Assembly: GCA_964642815.1 (NCBI GenBank)
Contig: CAZXSA010000001.1
Coordinates: 1-61,552 of the forward strand
From: an uncultured Planctomycetales bacterium
Lineage (GTDB): Bacteria > Planctomycetota > Phycisphaerae > UBA1845 > PWPN01
DNA length: 61,552 nt
Direction: 5' to 3'
Position 1 is the stretch's first letter, and the number at the start of each line of letters is the position of its first letter. Below the pieces are notes generated by a model. It had not been told where the DNA came from. It worked only from the letters and a program-made list of their open reading frames with translations, and made no database searches. Shown here piece after piece: positions 9,212 through 19,380 of the stretch. A program made the translations under genes and the position numbers.

Positions 9212-11557
9212 TCAATCAGTTTTATTCTTGTCAGGGGGACTCTTGTAATAGTAATAATCGTATGTATAGGCATAGCGGTTCCCCTCGCGTTGCGAGAATC
9301 GTCCGCCAATTAGCACGGTCCCGATCAGATTCCCGCCGGCGGCTTTGAGTTGGGCATAAGCTTCCGTCGCCTCTTTCTTGCGATCATGAGACGATCTCAG
9401 CACCATGACCGTGCCTTCGGCGCGACTGGCCAAGATCTGGGCGTCCGCGACGGGTAACAGGGGCGGACTGTCAATGAGGATAAAATCGTAATGACGTTTC
9501 CAGCGTTCCATGCAGCTTTCGAACACCCCGTTCGCGAGCAGTTCGGTGTTGAAATTTTCCGGTATGGCGCCGGCCGGCAGCACATCCAGGTTGGATAGAC
9601 CGCTGTTGACGATCGCCTGGGCGTCATCCCATTCTCCGGTCAACACGGTGGCCAATCCTGCGGTCGCGGTCAACTGCATTCGCTTCGCCAGGGCCGGCCG
9701 GCGCAAATCACCTTCCACCAGTAAAACTTTCTTACCCACCACCGCCAGACTTTTCGCTAATAACAACGCTACCGTTGTTTTGCCGGTGCTCGGCAGCGAA
9801 CTGGTGATCAGCAGTGTCCTTTCCCCTCCTGCCTGCACGCGTTCCAGCAACGTTGTTCGGATCATCCGCATGTTTTCCATCAGGCAATGACCGGAATAGC
9901 TACCGTCACGCGGCATGTTGTTTTCGATGGCGGACGAAACGCCCCCCCCCAGCTCCGCGGGAAGTTCGCGTACCGGTATTCGGGGCAATACACCCAGCAG
10001 GGCGGACTGAAAACTCTGATCCAGTTCCCTGGCTTCATAGATTCGCTTGTCCATCAGCGAGCGCAGATAGCTGACTCCGATACCGCAGGACAACGCTCCG
10101 ACCAGGGTCAACGCCATGAAAAGTAACCGGCGATCACGCGCCGGCGACGAAGGCTCTTCGGCGTAAGCCGCGATCCGGACCCGCGCCGGCGCTTTCCCCT
10201 CCATCTCCAATACTTCCAGGCGCTTGCGTATGGCCTCCTTAAGGTCTCGCAATTGCTGAATTTCCTCGTCATAACGAGCGATTTCCTGGGCGATTTCGCC
10301 CGCCTGGGCCACTTTGGCGTTCTGCCTTTCGATTTCCTCGTCAAGCAGCTCGATTTCCCGCTGCTTTTTGTGGATCAAGAAGGTCAGAGCGGCATGCGAA
10401 AGCATTCCCTCCGGCATGGTCGTGCTCTGGCTGATTTGCTTTTCCCAACTCTCCTCCAGTTCCGCCTGGCGTTTTTCCAGAAGTTTCTGGTCATGCTCGA
10501 TCTGGCTCTGAAGCTTCTTTAAGCGCGGATGCGCGTCCCCGAGATCCTGCCGGGTCAATTCCAGTTGATGTCGCGTATCCTCCAATTGACGATCCATCCC
10601 TCGCCATTCCGCGTCCTGCGAATAGAGCTGGCGGGCCAGCGCCTTTTGGTCGTCGCTGGCGGGCATGGAGGACGGCCCGCTCAACTGAGCCTGTTGCCAT
10701 TGCAGCATCTTATTTTCCCGAACCAACTGATCACGACTCTCCTGCAGGCGGGTCAGATGCATGCTGAATTGAGCCCGCAACTCCTCCGGGGCCAGGGTTC
10801 CCAGTTGGCTCGAAATGTTGAATTTCGTTTTAATCAGACCGTCGATCTGCATCTGGTTTTGCTTCAGTTCCCGGCTCAAGGTCTCGAACAGATTGATATC
10901 GCTGGCTTTATGCATTTCGTCACTGAGGTTCTTATATTCCGCCACGACCGCGTTCGCGATTTCCTTCGCCTCCCGGGGGCGCGGCAGGCTGACCGAAACG
11001 TCGATCAGCTCGGTCCCCGGTCGTACTTGGACCCGAATCACCTTCTTGAGCGCTTCGATGGGCTTGGAGGACCGATCACTGATTTTGGCCGACCAGGACG
11101 CCTGGAGTTCTCCATATACGGAAGTCTTCTGGATTTCCGTCCGATCCAGTACCCGCTCCAGTACCGTTGGACTGAGGATGATCGACACCTGGGTATTCAC
11201 ATACGACTGATAGAAGGGAATGGCCCCGGTCTTCTCCGACTTAAATACGATCGGATCAAGAACCGGCGTGATCCTCACCACGGCCGTCGCCTCGTATAAC
11301 GGTACTCCGAAAAACCATATACAGAGAAGAGCTGGAGCGGCGATCAGGATGAAAATGCCTAAAATCAGCCATTTTCGACGCCATACGAGCGTCAGGGTGG
11401 AGGCGGCGGACGAGCCCGACCATTCCGGCCCATAGCCGGCCGGCAGGCCATCGTAATCGATCAAGTCCATGGTGGGTCTGGCGGTTCGGCGCAGTGGTGG
11501 AACATTTCCTTCCGGCTTGTCCGACGCGCCACTTGGCGCTGGCGATGTCTCATTCAT
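9212..11557 (-). CDS. polysaccharide co-polymerase / tyrosine autokinase (Wzc/GumC-like BY-kinase)
   Basis: Wzz-like N-terminal TM, long coiled-coil region and second TM. Walker A in LITSSLPSTGKTTVALLLA, Walker A' LVEGDLRRP, and a C-terminal Tyr cluster YAYTYDYYYYK. Confidence 0.85.
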   Translation of the reverse strand: MNETSPAPSGASDKPEGNVPPLRRTARPTMDLIDYDGLPAGYGPEWSGSSAASTLTLVWRRKWLILGIFILIAAPALLCIWFFGVPLYEATAVVRITPVLDPIVFKSEKTGAIPFYQSYVNTQVSIILSPTVLERVLDRTEIQKTSVYGELQASWSAKISDRSSKPIEALKKVIRVQVRPGTELIDVSVSLPRPREAKEIANAVVAEYKNLSDEMHKASDINLFETLSRELKQNQMQIDGLIKTKFNISSQLGTLAPEELRAQFSMHLTRLQESRDQLVRENKMLQWQQAQLSGPSSMPASDDQKALARQLYSQDAEWRGMDRQLEDTRHQLELTRQDLGDAHPRLKKLQSQIEHDQKLLEKRQAELEESWEKQISQSTTMPEGMLSHAALTFLIHKKQREIELLDEEIERQNAKVAQAGEIAQEIARYDEEIQQLRDLKEAIRKRLEVLEMEGKAPARVRIAAYAEEPSSPARDRRLLFMALTLVGALSCGIGVSYLRSLMDKRIYEARELDQSFQSALLGVLPRIPVRELPAELGGGVSSAIENNMPRDGSYSGHCLMENMRMIRTTLLERVQAGGERTLLITSSLPSTGKTTVALLLAKSLAVVGKKVLLVEGDLRRPALAKRMQLTATAGLATVLTGEWDDAQAIVNSGLSNLDVLPAGAIPENFNTELLANGVFESCMERWKRHYDFILIDSPPLLPVADAQILASRAEGTVMVLRSSHDRKKEATEAYAQLKAAGGNLIGTVLIGGRFSQREGNRYAYTYDYYYYKSPPDKNKTD

Positions 11558-11685
11558 GATGAAATCCCCGATGGAATGACCGGATGGTTCTCGACATGCT
11601 TGGATGAGTCACCACGCCGGTACCCGAATCATTTATCGAAAAAGGTAACCGAAAATAATCGGCCAGGTTCAGTCCTAAAACCTGT

Positions 11686-12987
11686 TTAGACCCGGCGGTT
11701 CCCCCACGGCATTTTGGCGTTCGAGGCCATCGGCGGCACTGTGGGATTATTTTCGTTCACCGGGAGATTTTGTGGAACGTCAAACCGCTGGGCATCGCCC
11801 TGTGCGATCTTGCCCTGCCCGGGCCATCCGGATCGCCAGGCCGAATCGGTGGTTTTTACGGAGGCTGAATCCTCGGATGAATCGGACGGCGCAAGCCATG
11901 CCGGAACCCGTCCGGATGGATCGCCGATACAAACCATGTTGCTCAACACCGCGTGGGCCGACACCCTCGCCTGGTCCGTAAGGATGCACCGGTCCAGTCT
12001 GGCCGGACCATATACCCGGCAATCGCGCCACAAAACGGAACGACTGACCACCGTATGATGGCCGACATAAGAACCCATTCCGAGAATCGAGGGACCGACG
12101 ATAATGGCCTGATCCTCGACCACGCAGGCGGGCTCGACCAGTACCGGCCCAATGAAACGGGCATGGTTCGAGATTCGGGCGGTTTTATGAACCAAGGCCA
12201 ACTTGTAACGCTCGTAATCGGCCGGACACAATCCCCAGCGCGCCATCTGGCCAATAAGATATTGATTGACCGAGAGGTAGGATGCCGTATCGATGATCCG
12301 AAGTATCGCGTCATGCTCGACCACGTAGCGCGCGATATGTTCGCCCTTGGCGTAAAGATCTGGAATCAGCTTTTCCTTGATATCCTGATAACCCTTCGTC
12401 GGAATATCCGCCAAGGCTTGGGGGGCAAAAACATAAATACCCGCCGGCTTGAGCCATTCCCGACCGTACGACTCCCCCGGTCGATCGCGGACGACGGCTA
12501 CGGTCAGAACGGCTCTGGACTCCAGATGTTTCCGCAGTAAATCGTTCAGATCAATTTGCGGAAGGATGGCGCCCTCGACCACCACGTAGGCCTGCGCCTC
12601 TCGATCAAGCAATGCGTCATGCACGCAACCAGCCGGCCCGCGCGGCGTCATGTCCACGTAGTAATCCAGGTCCATCCGAAACGCGCTTCCGGCCCCCAGC
12701 CAGTGGCGAAGGTGTTTCGTGTCGCTGTTGGCGCAGATCGTTACCCCCTCCACCCCCCCCTTCCGCAACCATTGCAGGATATGCGCAACGATCGGCCAGC
12801 CGATCACCGGTAACAGCGGCCGAGACACGACTTGATCCAGGGCGGATGCACCCCAGCGATGCACCCCGGCCAGAATAACCCCTTGAATCGGTGTCGATGG
12901 CGCATCGTGCCCCCTTCCTTCGTCCGGATAGTTCCGGGGAAAACAGGTTTCACGCGCGACCGCATCGGAATGCTTGTGCTTACCCAT
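11686..12987 (-). CDS. NDP-sugar pyrophosphorylase-like nucleotidyltransferase with C-terminal left-handed beta-helix
   Basis: GVILAGVHRWG...RPLLPVIGWPIVAHILQWL is a G-x-G-x-R-type NTP_transferase N-terminus. C-terminal hexapeptide-like repeats (IGPVLVEPACVVEDQAIIVGPSILGMGSYVG). Confidence 0.7.
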   Translation of the reverse strand: MGKHKHSDAVARETCFPRNYPDEGRGHDAPSTPIQGVILAGVHRWGASALDQVVSRPLLPVIGWPIVAHILQWLRKGGVEGVTICANSDTKHLRHWLGAGSAFRMDLDYYVDMTPRGPAGCVHDALLDREAQAYVVVEGAILPQIDLNDLLRKHLESRAVLTVAVVRDRPGESYGREWLKPAGIYVFAPQALADIPTKGYQDIKEKLIPDLYAKGEHIARYVVEHDAILRIIDTASYLSVNQYLIGQMARWGLCPADYERYKLALVHKTARISNHARFIGPVLVEPACVVEDQAIIVGPSILGMGSYVGHHTVVSRSVLWRDCRVYGPARLDRCILTDQARVSAHAVLSNMVCIGDPSGRVPAWLAPSDSSEDSASVKTTDSAWRSGWPGQGKIAQGDAQRFDVPQNLPVNENNPTVPPMASNAKMPWGNRRV

Positions 12988-13245
12988 TTCCCTTCTCCAT
13001 TGCGCATGCCGCCATAAGCATGATATGATGATCGCTTGGAAAGCCGAGGGCCGCGCAATCCCTTACACGCCCGCCGAAATCAGTAGATCCTGACTTCCTC
13101 GTTCCGGATCACGTTGAAGATGCCTCTCTTGCCTGGATCGTGTAACTTGTACCCGGATCATGTTTCCGGGTCCGCGTATCTCGCGCCGAGGAGGCTGCTC
13201 GATTTTTCGGTCAGAAAGGTAACCAGGCGTCACGCGTCGACGGAA

Positions 13246-15270
13246 TCACGATTGAATCCGAAGCATTGTATAAAATGACGCATCCTGTCGCCAATCCGCC
13301 AGGGCACCAAGGCTCCAGGCCGCCGTCTTCCGATGATAACCGCGACTTACCCAGCCCAATATCGGTTTCTGGTTCCCGTGGAAGGTGGTCACGGAAAAAG
13401 CCGGAGCAAACTCGATACGGACTTTCACGCCCCGGGTTCTCGCCTCGAAAAGGTGGCTGCCTATCTGTTCAAGATCGCAATGCTCGGCCAAATGAAGATG
13501 AAACGCCGCGCGATGGGATCCCCGGCCGGATAACTCATCCCGAATGCTGATTTCCGATTGCGCCCCTCGCAAAATGATGGTACGCCGATGGATCACTTGC
13601 TCGGCATCTTCGGCAGACCCGCCGTATTCTCCGACGACCACGCCGCCGTCGCGTTCCGGTTTCCAGGAAAGACATCGGGCGACGGCTCGACGGCCCCACA
13701 AAAACGGCCCCAGAATCTCCGCCTGATTGCGCTGGTCGATCTCGATCGTATTGTGCGCCCGCGTACTTCGGAAATAATCGCGCCAGTGCGGATAGGTAAA
13801 ATAATCGTACGTACCGGGATCCACCAGAATCTCGATCCCCCCGATTTTCAAACTGAAGCTCAGCAGATCGGCATGTCCATGAGCGGCAAGCGAACCCCAA
13901 CCCAACTCACCACAGTCAAAGTTCAGGCTGATCGAATCCGCCCGACCCCGATGGCCGCTTTGCAGCAGATAATAACCGGTATCGGGAAAAGACCGGGATT
14001 CCAGAGCGGTAAGATCGGAAACCGGCAGTCGTCGGTAACGATCATACCCGTCCGGTCCGAGCAGCCAGAAAACCCGTTCACCACAACCGGTGGCCAGCGT
14101 CTTAAAATCCGGACGGTCAAATAGCACCGCCCCGACCGCCAGCAATTCCGCGGGCCGGTTCCGGCGATTGTCCAGATCCAGAACGTAACCGTCGTCGCTG
14201 TCCCCGAACATCGGCGGAGGGCCGCCGTCTTCCATGAAGCCGGCCAGGAAAACAAACATCTGTTCGAGCCGCTCCCAATACGCGCGGGGAAAATCGTCGC
14301 CAAGGTGACGTGCCGTCAAGGCCGCCAGGAGAAACAACTCCAGGGTAAACAGGTGGTAGCCCATCGCCTGCTCGCGATTGCCGCCGTCGGCATGTGTCTG
14401 GGTCATAATCTCCCTGAGGAGAATATCCCGACTCCGCCGGCGCCATGCGGCCGTTTTTCTCAGCGCGCGAAAATAACTGCAAACGATAAAAGTGCCCGCC
14501 GCTTCGCCGATAAGATGATTGTTCGCGGATGAATAGCGCGAGTATTTCCGGGTGATTTCGTACAGATGAAAGCGCACCACGTCGAGCAGACGAGACCAGT
14601 CCGTCTTGCCGATCGCCTCGCTGGGGCGAATCAGCTCGAAAGCCCATGCCCAATTGATCAACCGAATCGCCAGCTCCAGCGGGCTGCGCCAATTCATCCC
14701 CCGCCCGTAGGGACACTGGGCAACCCAGGAATCCCATTGGTTCCGTAAAGCCGTGGCGTACCGCGTTCGCCCGCTCAGACGATAGGCCCGACCCAGCACC
14801 ACCCAATGGTGGTGCCGATTCGGCTCCCATACGAATTTGCAGTCTCCTGTCTGCTCGTAACAACGATAATCAATCCGGGCGGCATGCCTCATCGGTGTCT
14901 TTTTGCCCGCTTTGTGTTCATAATTCCAATCGACCGGTTCACCCAGACTGAGGTCCTCAAGATCGAACAAATCCATTCGATTCAGGACCAGGCTCTCCGC
15001 TCGCTCGATCAGCGCCGCTCTCCATGAATCCATCCCCGGAATGGCGGGACTCGCGGCCCCCACCAACGGCAAGCACGGACTCAATACATCGCCCCTGACG
15101 ATTGCCTGAACATCGCCTGACAGGGCGAACCCGGCCGACCGCGCGAAGGAACGACGCAATGGGGCCGCCCAGCAATCCAGCGAGGAGCCGACCCTGCACC
15201 GCAGACGCCACCCAATTTCAGGCAGCGACATCGCCCGGAATCGACGTGTGTACCATGTCAAAGTAGGCAT
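13246..15270 (-). CDS. heparinase II/III-like (alginate-lyase superfamily) protein
   Basis: WEPNRHHHWVVLGRAYRLSG, SSANNHLIGEAAG and LAAHGHADLLSFSL are characteristic blocks of heparinase II/III-family proteins found in EPS loci. Confidence 0.7.
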   Translation of the reverse strand: MPTLTWYTRRFRAMSLPEIGWRLRCRVGSSLDCWAAPLRRSFARSAGFALSGDVQAIVRGDVLSPCLPLVGAASPAIPGMDSWRAALIERAESLVLNRMDLFDLEDLSLGEPVDWNYEHKAGKKTPMRHAARIDYRCYEQTGDCKFVWEPNRHHHWVVLGRAYRLSGRTRYATALRNQWDSWVAQCPYGRGMNWRSPLELAIRLINWAWAFELIRPSEAIGKTDWSRLLDVVRFHLYEITRKYSRYSSANNHLIGEAAGTFIVCSYFRALRKTAAWRRRSRDILLREIMTQTHADGGNREQAMGYHLFTLELFLLAALTARHLGDDFPRAYWERLEQMFVFLAGFMEDGGPPPMFGDSDDGYVLDLDNRRNRPAELLAVGAVLFDRPDFKTLATGCGERVFWLLGPDGYDRYRRLPVSDLTALESRSFPDTGYYLLQSGHRGRADSISLNFDCGELGWGSLAAHGHADLLSFSLKIGGIEILVDPGTYDYFTYPHWRDYFRSTRAHNTIEIDQRNQAEILGPFLWGRRAVARCLSWKPERDGGVVVGEYGGSAEDAEQVIHRRTIILRGAQSEISIRDELSGRGSHRAAFHLHLAEHCDLEQIGSHLFEARTRGVKVRIEFAPAFSVTTFHGNQKPILGWVSRGYHRKTAAWSLGALADWRQDASFYTMLRIQS

Positions 15271-16114
15271 GAATCAGCCAACATATCCAAGCCACGGCCG
15301 AAACCGACAACACCTTTGAATACCAATCCAGAAATACCGGATCGCATAAAAAGCATGGTTGAGGCCGCGACAACCTCCATCCAGACTCCGTCCCCGTCAG
15401 CCGCATCAAAAAACAACTGTAACCTTTTGCAAATGCGGCCGTTACGATCATGAATGGAATGTTAGGAATAAAAATGGCCGGCTTAATGGTCCGGCCATAT
15501 CGCTCATAAAACTGTCATGCATTCCCCCGCACCGGGCCTTTGCCCAACACGAAAACACCAACCGTGACCCGTTAAGCCCAAATCACTTGTTCATAATGAA
15601 ATGCTCACATACCAAGCCGATCCGTGGCCACGAGAGAACTCGTCAAGCCGTTGATGCGTCCTTACCCTTACGCTCTTAACCGCACATGATGAACGGCTTA
15701 CGGATTTGTTCCCCTTCCCTTTTTACCCTGTGGATTTTCAGGGCATACCCTAAAAGCCAACCCTGTTTATGAATACATATTACCTAGAAAATCCCTCAGA
15801 AGTCAAGCGTAAAATCCTGTCAAAGGGCGACTTATCAGACTGAAGAGATGTAAAGTTTTCTAGTAATAATTCTCCACAATAGGCTATGCGATTTTTTTCT
15901 TGCAAATTCCACGTCAGGGAAGGTATGATTCTTTGTGTGTTCATGTTCTGGATGAGCCCCTGAAAAGGCATTTATTCTCCAAAATTGTGACTTATCGATG
16001 CTTCCGGGAATTTCTGACAGCCTCGATTTGGGTACCGCCCCATGCGTGGCTTCCCGGCGAATAATTACATAAGCCGTTGTTCAGAAAAGACATACATCAT
16101 CGAGGGTGCATGGG

Positions 16115-17554
16115 ATGTCGCTATCTGGAACGGGGAAAAGGTCAATTCTCGCGGTTGCGATCCCGCTGCTTGTCTCGGGATTTCCCATACCCATTCAAGG
16201 TCAACCCTGCGATCCGATCTGGTCGACGGGATTTCATCTGCAAGGCATGAATAACATCGTTCAAACGATGACCGTCCATGACGACGGCCACGGACCGGCC
16301 GTTTATGTCGGGGGCATGTTCACCGAGGCCGGCAACACAGTCGTTAATCATATTGCCAGATGGGACGGGTTTCACTGGCGGTCGCTTGGTGGTGGCATGG
16401 ACAATGAGGTTTGCGCATTGGCCGTCTATAACGACGGGACCGGCCCAGCCCTTTACGCCGGTGGGAAATTTCACACGGCTGGGGGAGTGACAGTCAACCA
16501 CATCGCCAAATGGAATCCCGGTTCGCCCGGTTCATGGTCGCCATTGGATATCGGCACTGACGACGACGTAGGTGCCTTGATGGTCTATGACGACGGTGGG
16601 GGTTCAAAGCTCTATGTCGGCGGCATGTTCTCCCAAGCCGGCGGAATTTCGGCAAACCGCATTGCCCGCTGGGACGGCACCCATTGGTCCGCGGTAGGCA
16701 ACCGTGTCACGGGTTCTCCGCCCCTAAACTTATCCTTTATTCGAACCATGGCCGTCTATGACGATGGGACCGGCGCGGCCCTCTATGTCGGCGGTTTGTT
16801 TACTTCGCCGGGCAAGAATATCGCCAAATATAACGGGGTTTGGAGTAGTCTGGGTGCCGGAACCAGCAACATCGTGAATACCCTAGCCACTTTCAACAAC
16901 GGCACGGGCGAGGCCCTATACGTGGGAGGAACTTTTACTTCCGCCGGTGGGGTTGTGAACGCCCGACGCATCGCCCGCTGGAACGGGACGCAATGGTCGG
17001 CTCTCAACAGCGGCCTGGGTGATGAACCGGTAAACGCACTGGCCGTCCATGATGACGGCACGGGCGAGGCCTTATATGTCGGGGGACAGTTTACCCATGC
17101 CTTCGGGGTGGAAACCCGGCGAATCGCCCGCTGGGACGGGGTCAACTGGTGGCCGCTGGGCGCAGGCATTGTCGATGACGAATCCAATCCGGAATGGTGC
17201 GGCTTGCCCGCGCCGCAATGCGGGCCGAAGCCGGCCTCCGTGCATACACTGCTGGCCTTCGATGAACAACTTTTCGTCGGCGGCGATTTCGCCTGGGCCG
17301 CCGGTGTAGCCTCCAAGAACATGGCCCGTTGGTCATGCCCCATCTCACCGGACCTGGAAGGCGACGGTGACGTGGACGCCATCGACTATTCGCTCTTCCA
17401 GTCTTGCGCCACAGCCCCGGGCATTGCCGCGGGCCCACCGTGTAACACGGCCGATCTGGACAACGATACGGATGTCGATCAGGACGACTTTGCCATATTT
17501 CAAAGATGCTTCACCGGAACCGATCTACCCAGCAATCCGGCCTGCCTGCCGTAA
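16115..17554 (+). CDS. secreted 7-bladed beta-propeller repeat protein with C-terminal 4-Cys dockerin-like tail
   Basis: Signal-peptide-like N-terminus (ATG 16115 has GAGGG 8 nt upstream; the track ORF starts at GTG 16106). Seven repeats of consensus V.ALAVYDDGTG.ALYVGG.FT.AGGV....IARWDG..W..LG. The tail is DLEGDGDVDAID...DLDNDTDVDQDDFAIFQRC. Confidence 0.6.
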   Translation: MSLSGTGKRSILAVAIPLLVSGFPIPIQGQPCDPIWSTGFHLQGMNNIVQTMTVHDDGHGPAVYVGGMFTEAGNTVVNHIARWDGFHWRSLGGGMDNEVCALAVYNDGTGPALYAGGKFHTAGGVTVNHIAKWNPGSPGSWSPLDIGTDDDVGALMVYDDGGGSKLYVGGMFSQAGGISANRIARWDGTHWSAVGNRVTGSPPLNLSFIRTMAVYDDGTGAALYVGGLFTSPGKNIAKYNGVWSSLGAGTSNIVNTLATFNNGTGEALYVGGTFTSAGGVVNARRIARWNGTQWSALNSGLGDEPVNALAVHDDGTGEALYVGGQFTHAFGVETRRIARWDGVNWWPLGAGIVDDESNPEWCGLPAPQCGPKPASVHTLLAFDEQLFVGGDFAWAAGVASKNMARWSCPISPDLEGDGDVDAIDYSLFQSCATAPGIAAGPPCNTADLDNDTDVDQDDFAIFQRCFTGTDLPSNPACLP

Positions 17555-17620
17555 TCCGGGCACCTCGCGGGTTTGGCCGTCAAGGATACGGGAAGCATGG
17601 GCAATAAGGGACGACGTATC

Positions 17621-18403
17621 ATGACAAAAGGGCTTGTCTTAATCGCGATTTTGGGTGCGTTTCTCGGCACGGCCGAAACCGCTTTGGGCGGCGTAACCCT
17701 TACGATCGTGGACACGGAGGGTGACCCCCATCGCACGAAAGTCCAGGCCGGTTCGCCGTTCGAGGTTATTCTCCAGGTCGATACCACGATCAGCATCCTG
17801 GGTTTGCAGGTGCGCATCCAGGAAACGACGGAATCACCTTCCGGTTTGTTTCAGTTGAATTCGGTCAGTTTCCAAACCCCGCCCTGGAGCAGCGACGGTA
17901 ACGATCAGTTCAAGCCCGTCATGCCCGACCTGATGGACGGCCCGAGTTACCAATCCGGTCACATCGCCGACACGGCCGCCGATCTGCAAGAGGGAACGGG
18001 CATCGGCATTTTTTCTTTCGTAACGCTCAGCCTGACCTTCGTCGGGCCGGTGAACTTCCTGACCGGTCTTCTGAACCTCGTCGATATCGTTTACGGCGAT
18101 CTGAACTATGATGAGCACACCGGTACCGCCGGGACGGACTACGAGGTTACGGTGATCTTTCCTCCGGACCTGGACGATGACGGAGACGTGGACATGGATG
18201 ACCTCGCGATTTTCGAGCTTTGTCGGACCGCCTCCGGCATCGGGCCTCCCGGCCGATACTGCGATCCACAAACCGAGGATTGCGGCCCCTGCCCAAGGGC
18301 AGATCTGGACGCGGACGAGGATGTCGATCAGGACGATTTCGCCATTTTCCAGCGATGCTTTAGCGGCAGCGACCAGCCCGGCAACGCATACTGCCTGCCA
18401 TAA
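17621..18403 (+). CDS. secreted cohesin-like module protein with C-terminal 4-Cys dockerin-like tail
   Basis: Start set at Met17 of the track ORF (MTKGLVLIAILGAFLG signal-like). Residues encoded by 17693..18157 are paralogous to 24081..24540. The tail is DLDDDGDVDMDD...DLDADEDVDQDDFAIFQRCFSG. The cohesin assignment is inference from length and strand pattern. Confidence 0.55.
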   Translation: MTKGLVLIAILGAFLGTAETALGGVTLTIVDTEGDPHRTKVQAGSPFEVILQVDTTISILGLQVRIQETTESPSGLFQLNSVSFQTPPWSSDGNDQFKPVMPDLMDGPSYQSGHIADTAADLQEGTGIGIFSFVTLSLTFVGPVNFLTGLLNLVDIVYGDLNYDEHTGTAGTDYEVTVIFPPDLDDDGDVDMDDLAIFELCRTASGIGPPGRYCDPQTEDCGPCPRADLDADEDVDQDDFAIFQRCFSGSDQPGNAYCLP

Positions 18404-19380
18404 GACAGCATAAACGTTTGTGTTAAGCGACCATGCAATCAGAACCCGGAGCAGGAGCGACGGGCCGGTGTAGAATATCGCACCGAGTACTGGGAATTTG
18501 TCCTCTTTCGGCCCCGCGCTTCCCCGCCACGGCCCGCCCAGGCGAGGCTCCGCCGAGGCGAGCGAGGTAAATGGCTTCGGGTTTTGATGGGCCATGCCGG
18601 CGAGGGTTGCATGTTCGCTCAACACATACAAACAAACCCTTTCGACAAAGCCGACAACGAGTTCATAATATATATTCTTATAAAGACTTATAAATACAAA
18701 GGATGGGTATGTCTTTCCGTTACGCTGCTGTTCCCAACGTCGTATACAAAGTTTCACGTACGAGAAGAACACATGGATACGAATGAGCCAAGGGATTAAA
18801 TTAATTTCGCTAAAAACAAAGCAAACATATTAGCCATCGTGTTGTTGAATGATTAGGTCACAAGTCTTTTTCCACATGCATTTTGCGCGTTAAAAATCCC
18901 CACCGACCCCTCGTCAAATTTATTTCGCAAACATAGGGATTTTTCTTGATTCATGAAAGAAAACAGGTTAATCTGATTATCGGTCAGGCCACGGGTTTTC
19001 AGCCTGAAGATCACATTCTAGTCGCGCGTCCCGCACAGGGAGGGAAGAAATTCAGAGCAAGTAACGCGTATGACATTTTCTTTGTTGAACAGGCCCGAGG
19101 GCCAACGCGGCCGTGTTTTTCCATTGGCTCGCGTGGCGCCGAAGCCAGCTTGCCGGGTCATGTTTATGAGAAACGTATTACGCAAAGACGGAAAACATCA
19201 AACGATTTCGGCGGACCGGAATCCTGAGAAGGAGAATTAGAGCCAGAAGGATAACCACCGAGGAGCGATGGGGATGTTTCTTTTCGTAAGCATCATCAAT
19301 CCCTATTCGTCTGGCCAAGGTGAGTTATGCATCGCGGAAAACCCATCTTGCCCCACGGGGCGTGGAATGGAGGTTAAGTC

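Noticed and set aside
15780-15971. 63-aa ORF in the AT-rich island
   Set aside because: It is short, has no start context and no similarity that I can recognise. Its composition differs from all confident genes. It is more likely promoter or leader DNA.
17834-18772. 312-aa minus-strand ORF
   Set aside because: It is mostly antisense to the cohesin-like/dockerin-like gene 17621..18403, whose paralogy with 24009..24635 supports the plus-strand frame.
19228-19380. c-di-GMP riboswitch in the leader of the giant adhesin gene
   Set aside because: I looked for GEMM-I/II conserved cores because an HD-GYP system is nearby. Only vague GC-rich similarity (gccccacggggcg) was found, with no recognisable paired-helix architecture.
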